In this document: in pieces, positions 56,725 through 64,000 of the stretch
Layout of the letters: each line of letters begins with the position of its first letter
Numbering within the stretch: the stretch's first letter is position 1
Source of the DNA: Octopus vulgaris
Taxonomy: Eukaryota
Assembly (NCBI GenBank): GCA_951406725.2
Contig: OX597824.1
Span: 15,686,001 to 15,750,000, forward strand
Length of the DNA stretch: 64,000 nucleotides
Direction: 5' to 3'
The notes under the pieces: model-generated
Databases searched by the model: none
What the model saw: the letters and a program-made list of their open reading frames with translations, nothing else
Told to the model about the DNA's origin: nothing
Program-made: the position numbers and the translations under genes

Positions 56725-57645
56725 ATTTAAGTGGATGCAGTATAGCTAAATGGTTAAAATGTTTGTTTTGCAATTATGAGGTTCCGGGTTCAATCTCACT
56801 GTGGGATCTTAGATAAATGTCTTAGAGTCTTAGAATTGCCTGGGTCCGAACTAGGTGCAATGAATGAAAATATGTAGACGGAAACTGAACAGAAGCCCTT
56901 CAGATAGATTGTGCATGAAATTGAAACGGGCGCCTGGTTCCATATTATTTCGTGCTGATCGAGTGAGTATTCTACATGTCTGTGGAATACTCAACCACTT
57001 ACATGCTAATTCAATGAACAGAGTCTTCTGTTGATCGAACAGCTGCATCCTCCCTCGTCGTCGAAACCACCAGAGATCCATCTATTTTTCTCGCATAATT
57101 TTGACAAAACGGGTCGCTCTCATTGCTGGAATATCTGATCCTATTATACGGCTACTCATTCAGATCTGTCCTGTGTTTTAGACAACATCACCATAAACAA
57201 CAACAACAACAGCAACATATAACTGATGATATAACAAGAATCGTCTGCATACAACTACGAATACATACATTGCAACGCACAATGTCGTTTGTATAAGCTG
57301 TTATTTAGATGCCATATTCTGAGAACTGACCTTTAAAGTGGGAGAAGGATTAAGTCGGTAATACTATTTCATAAGCTTTTGATTCGTCAGTTGTTAAATG
57401 TTATATTATGGTTTATCTTTCCTATTCTTCTTTCAGACGTTTAACTAACACATTCTCATGTATTTTTGTTTTCATTTTTATATCCTCCACCATATCCCCG
57501 GCCAACTGGTTGTTTGGCAGTATTGTAAAATCATCAGACAGCATGCTTTAAGTTCTATGTTCGACCCACAGCGAGGTCAACATCTTACTTCATCCCCGTG
57601 GTATTAATTAAGCCCTCCATCAAATTTAAGGCGTGCGCCTATATT

Positions 57646-58900
<1,255 letters not shown>

Positions 58901-59499
58901 GAATATATCATTCACCCGTTTCCATCATTTTCCTTCACACTGCCTTTCACCCAATTTGCTTATCTATACTTCATCTTCAAACCTTCCCTTTTTTTGCTTG
59001 TTTGTTTACGCATAGCATATTAACATTCTATTTCATGCTACTTTCTTTTATAATAGAGACTTTCCCAATATCATTGTCTTCGCATGCATTTTAGTTTCAG
59101 TCTTACACATTCTTTTCTTTGTTTAAGTTCATTCTCACGTTCATGCGAGCATGAAGGAAATCCAGACGTTTAATAAATTAACAAATTTTATTTATAACAT
59201 ACGTTCATTATACCCTAGCAATTGTTTGGTCCAAGCTCAGACCGGATAAACCAGTTCTATTATGCAAGCCATTCCAACTGTAACGGCTTTGTCTTTTAGC
59301 ATATCATGAACTATATTGACAGACGTGTACTTACATTTTTAAACGGTTTGATGTGCAATTTAAGAGAGAATCTGTTGCTATTACTTGTGGTTTGAGCAAT
59401 CATTTAGAGGTTAGTGTCTATCTTTGCTGTACACGTGTATGAGCGCGCGTATATGCGTTCGTGTGTATACATTAGTTTATGAGAGTGCATCAGTGGATA

Positions 59500-59538
<39 letters not shown>

Positions 59539-59587
59539 TAGATATATATATATACACATGCGTATGAGATGATGATGTAGATGCTCA

Positions 59588-59719
<132 letters not shown>

Positions 59720-61389
59720 TGTCTGTCTGCCTGCCTGTCTGCTTGTCTGTTTGTTTGTCTGTCTGTCTTCCTTTTTTTCTTTCTTTCTTGTTTTCTATAC
59801 ATATAATACACATAAATATACATATGACGTATGACTTCGTATTTCCATCGGGAACACCAGCTTATCTTCTTACTAGGAACTTCCCAACCATAATGTTTGT
59901 ATTATTACCTTATTTTTTTTTTGTAATTGCTAGCATCTCACGACATAGTATATATGTTGTATAATATGCACGTGATTAGTTTTGTATATGTTTACTGCTG
60001 TGTATGTTTGTATGAATGCGATTTTGTGTGATTACAGTGTGTGAAATTATGTTTGCATGTTCGACGATATTACTATGGAAATTTTCTCAGATATTACTCA
60101 ATAATTAAATCTTCTATTCTTTGTGGCGTTTAGTGATACATGATCATCAACAGGTAGAATAACTTGTATATTATCTGTCTCAATATCAGAATTATCTATG
60201 GATGCAAAACAATATCATTCAACATTGCATTGCAATATATATTATAACAATATACAAACGGGTAGTAGATTGGCACAGGAACAGACACAAAGTGCTCTAC
60301 AGCACTTAGCTTCGTCGCTTTAAGTTCTGAGTTTAAATCCTAATGGGTCTACTTTGTCTTACATCCAACTTAAAATACAACTCAATTATCAGTCAGTGTA
60401 ATAGACTATACTACTACGCAACATAACCTGAGAAAATACGAGTTTTCGCTGAAGTCATGGCCTTCGTACTAAGTTCAGTTTTTTAATATGAGTTGAGTAG
60501 ACCAACCCATACTTTAAAATTCATAATTGAAGAACTGGTCATCAGTATACATTTTCAGTTAGACTAAAATTTCTTAAGAATTGGAAGCATAATAGCTCAT
60601 GAAGCATCGCGTAATTCAAAACGGTGCCTCTAAAACATTTCGGAATATCAGTCATCTCTTTTGAAATGATGTTATTTAAATGTCAGTCCTAATTCAAAAT
60701 ATTCATTATCGTATCATATAAACAGAAACAGGCCTCTATTTTGATGTTGTTTTATGATACAAAATATGCTTGAAATTTCTCGTAATAAAAACTCATACCA
60801 GATTATGCTATATTGTTTGTTATACAATTGAAATTAAAGACATTTACATTGAGACTTTCACGTGTGAAACTATTTGTAGTAGTGCCTGATGTTTATTGTA
60901 CATAAAACAGTTTGCTTCTCATCAAAAAACTAGACTGGGACCGTTGTGTCGTAGGAGTGTGTAATGGTTGCACTGGTTATTACAGAAAACTCTTCTAAGA
61001 TTGAACAACTATTGCGTCTACAGTGTCATTCAAGTTTCGCTATTATATACGATGGCTCCTAAATACAGTTATTTCATTTCTAAACTGATTATCTTTCAAA
61101 GTTCACTGCTGATGCCTCTTATATTTTGAGTACCACATACAGAGGCAAAGAATAATATTTTATGCAGTCAAACGATCTGCAAGGAATAGCCGAAAAGACT
61201 ACCTTAAAGTTGAGTGTACGATTTTAAAATGGATGGACACGTTGCATAATGCAACATTGTATTCATTACCGAGTGCAAATTGGTGCATTGTGTGTCGTGT
61301 GTTTATGTCATTGTGTATGAATTGAGGCAAATGTGGATTTCTTATGTATATATGTGTATATATATATATAAAACAATACCTCTTTTTTG

Positions 61390-61545
61390 GTATTTCGTTT
61401 TGGGATTTGGTTTGCAAGATTCTTTGTATGAGTTCGTGTGTTGAAGCATATTCTGTTGTTTCTGGGGAGAGTCATTTTCTTTTTGTGTCTTATAATGAAA
61501 CACACTCACCAGTAAAATTTCCATTTATTACTTATTTTTACCTAT
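61390..61545 (+). mobile_element. Fragment of PLE-like repeat, subfamily ii
   Basis: Matches 38980-39120. Confidence 0.75.
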
Positions 61546-61559
61546 TTATCTACATCTAT

Positions 61560-61601
<42 letters not shown>

Positions 61602-61603
61602 AT

Positions 61604-61699
<96 letters not shown>

Positions 61700-62233
61700 G
61701 CATGTATGTATATATGCATCGGTGTGTGTGTGTGTTTGCATGCGTTTCTAGCATAAAAGTGTAGATTAGTGAATGAATGAAAGTGGGGGGTCATTTACAT
61801 GTTTAAGGATACAGGTTTGCAATTACTAAAGAACACGCACGACTCCTGTTAACATTTGCTTAACGACATATAAGGAAGAATATTTGAATGCTGAACGATC
61901 ATAGCTGGACTGCCATTAATTTCTTGCATTTATTTTCTAAATATGAATGCTGACCAAGGGTTAAATAACAACAGCAACAGCAACGTCACGTGGTTTTACG
62001 TTATCTTAAACCATGGTCTAAGTGAGCTAATGTGATTTAAGAGACATAGAATAAGCAGAAATATATACATTTTTATCTGGTCAAATTTAAGTAGATTTAG
62101 ACAGTGGTCTTTTATCTTGGAATCAGAGATTAAAGAAGAAAGAACCGAGGAATTTCTCCGAGTTTGGGGATATTGGATCTTCAGTTGAGTCAAATTAGTG
62201 AATGTAAATTTCTATCAAAGAACATACACATGT

Positions 62234-62485
<252 letters not shown>

Positions 62486-63132
62486 ATTCTCTTTTGGAAT
62501 CTAGAGTATCAAATAAGACTGTAAATAATGCCACGTAAATACGTGGTTGAAAAACCCATTTGGATAGAGAATATTGACGGTTGTCTGTGGGACACGAACC
62601 TACGTCACCTGTAGACTTGACAGGGATCTTACCATTGTACCAAAGAAATCTTTCGAATTCCTCTAACCGTTTTAGAAATTTTATTCTTCTCAGCAAGAAT
62701 TCTATTTTGTTGACTCATAAGAATTTTATAATCTTTCGAGAGAACGTGAAATGACTCTTTTTTGAATACCAAGGCTTTGAGGTGTATAGATATTGGGCTA
62801 AAGAACCCTTTTGGATAGATTTATAGCATTATGTGAGTCCCAAGATTAAGAAAAAAACATTTCACATACTCTCGAAAGGTTATACAATTCTTATGACGTC
62901 AACAATATATTTACATATACATGTGGTGTATCCATATATGAATACACAAATACATACACACACACATATATATATATATATACACGGCTGTGTCTGCATA
63001 ACGTATGCGTGTATGCATGTCGATGTGCATATATGTATGTATAAACATATATGCATGTATGCAAATATTTGCATGTGCATATCATATATGAATTACATGC
63101 ACTCTGCCTGCCTGCCTTTCTCTGTCTTTCTG

Positions 63133-63165
<33 letters not shown>

Positions 63166-63197
63166 GTGTATGTACATATATATATATATATATATAT

Positions 63198-63256
<59 letters not shown>

Positions 63257-63265
63257 TAATATGCA

Positions 63266-63306
<41 letters not shown>

Positions 63307-63458
63307 GTATATATATTCATGCATATCATATTATGATATTATGAAATATTTTCGAAAATATTGCATCACTGCTAAGAATAGAACTTTAACATTCCGCCAC
63401 AACAATATATTATCCTATCTCTCCTCTTAAATATATATAAGTATATACATATAAATAA

Positions 63459-63515
<57 letters not shown>

Positions 63516-64000
63516 ACACACACACACGCATACTTATAAATATAGATAGAATTCCCAAAAGTACACACATGTCCTTATCTTCAAAGTTTCGAATTGGTTG
63601 ATTTTCGAGCAGTTTGACAGATATGATATTGGTCTGAATGTTAAGTTTGGTTGGCATTGTCTGTTCCAAGATTAGCAGTTCTATGACTTAGCTGCATGGT
63701 TTTAGAGATTTCACAGAGATTAGAAGTTCTGCGCATGTTTCACTGTATCATCTATTTATGTGTGAATGCACCCATACTCAAAATAATACAATACTTATAT
63801 CTTAAAAGAAATGAAGAAACACCGTAAATAAAATTAATCTATGTATGTATGTATGTATGTATGTATGTATGTATGTATGCATGCTGTGGTGTGTATGTAT
63901 ATATCTATGTATGCATGTATGTATATATGTATGTATGTATGTATGTATGAATGTATGCATGTATGTATGCATGCTGTGGTGTGTATGTATGTATGTTTGT

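Overview
AT-rich eukaryotic non-coding DNA saturated with microsatellites and interspersed repeats. The repeat families and (TA/TATC/TATG/AAT)n load resemble an octopus (coleoid cephalopod) genome; this is an inference. No host protein-coding gene is supported, and almost all listed ORFs are translated microsatellite. Identifiable content includes at least six tRNA-headed SINE families, some chimeric or nested. There is also a CR1-type LINE 3' end that shares its tail with a SINE, R4/Dong-type RLE retrotransposon remnants, two non-autonomous Helitrons, and mariner, hAT and Mutator/foldback MITEs with TSDs. The main unexpected signal is about 14 minimal type-I hammerhead ribozyme motifs of the Penelope-like (PLE) kind in several distinct small repeat families. 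Their catalytic 3:8 pair co-varies: C3:G8, U3:A8, G3:C8 and probably A3:U8. One family couples a Pol III tRNA head, an (AAT)n tract and a hammerhead. All motifs were read by eye and their activity is untested.
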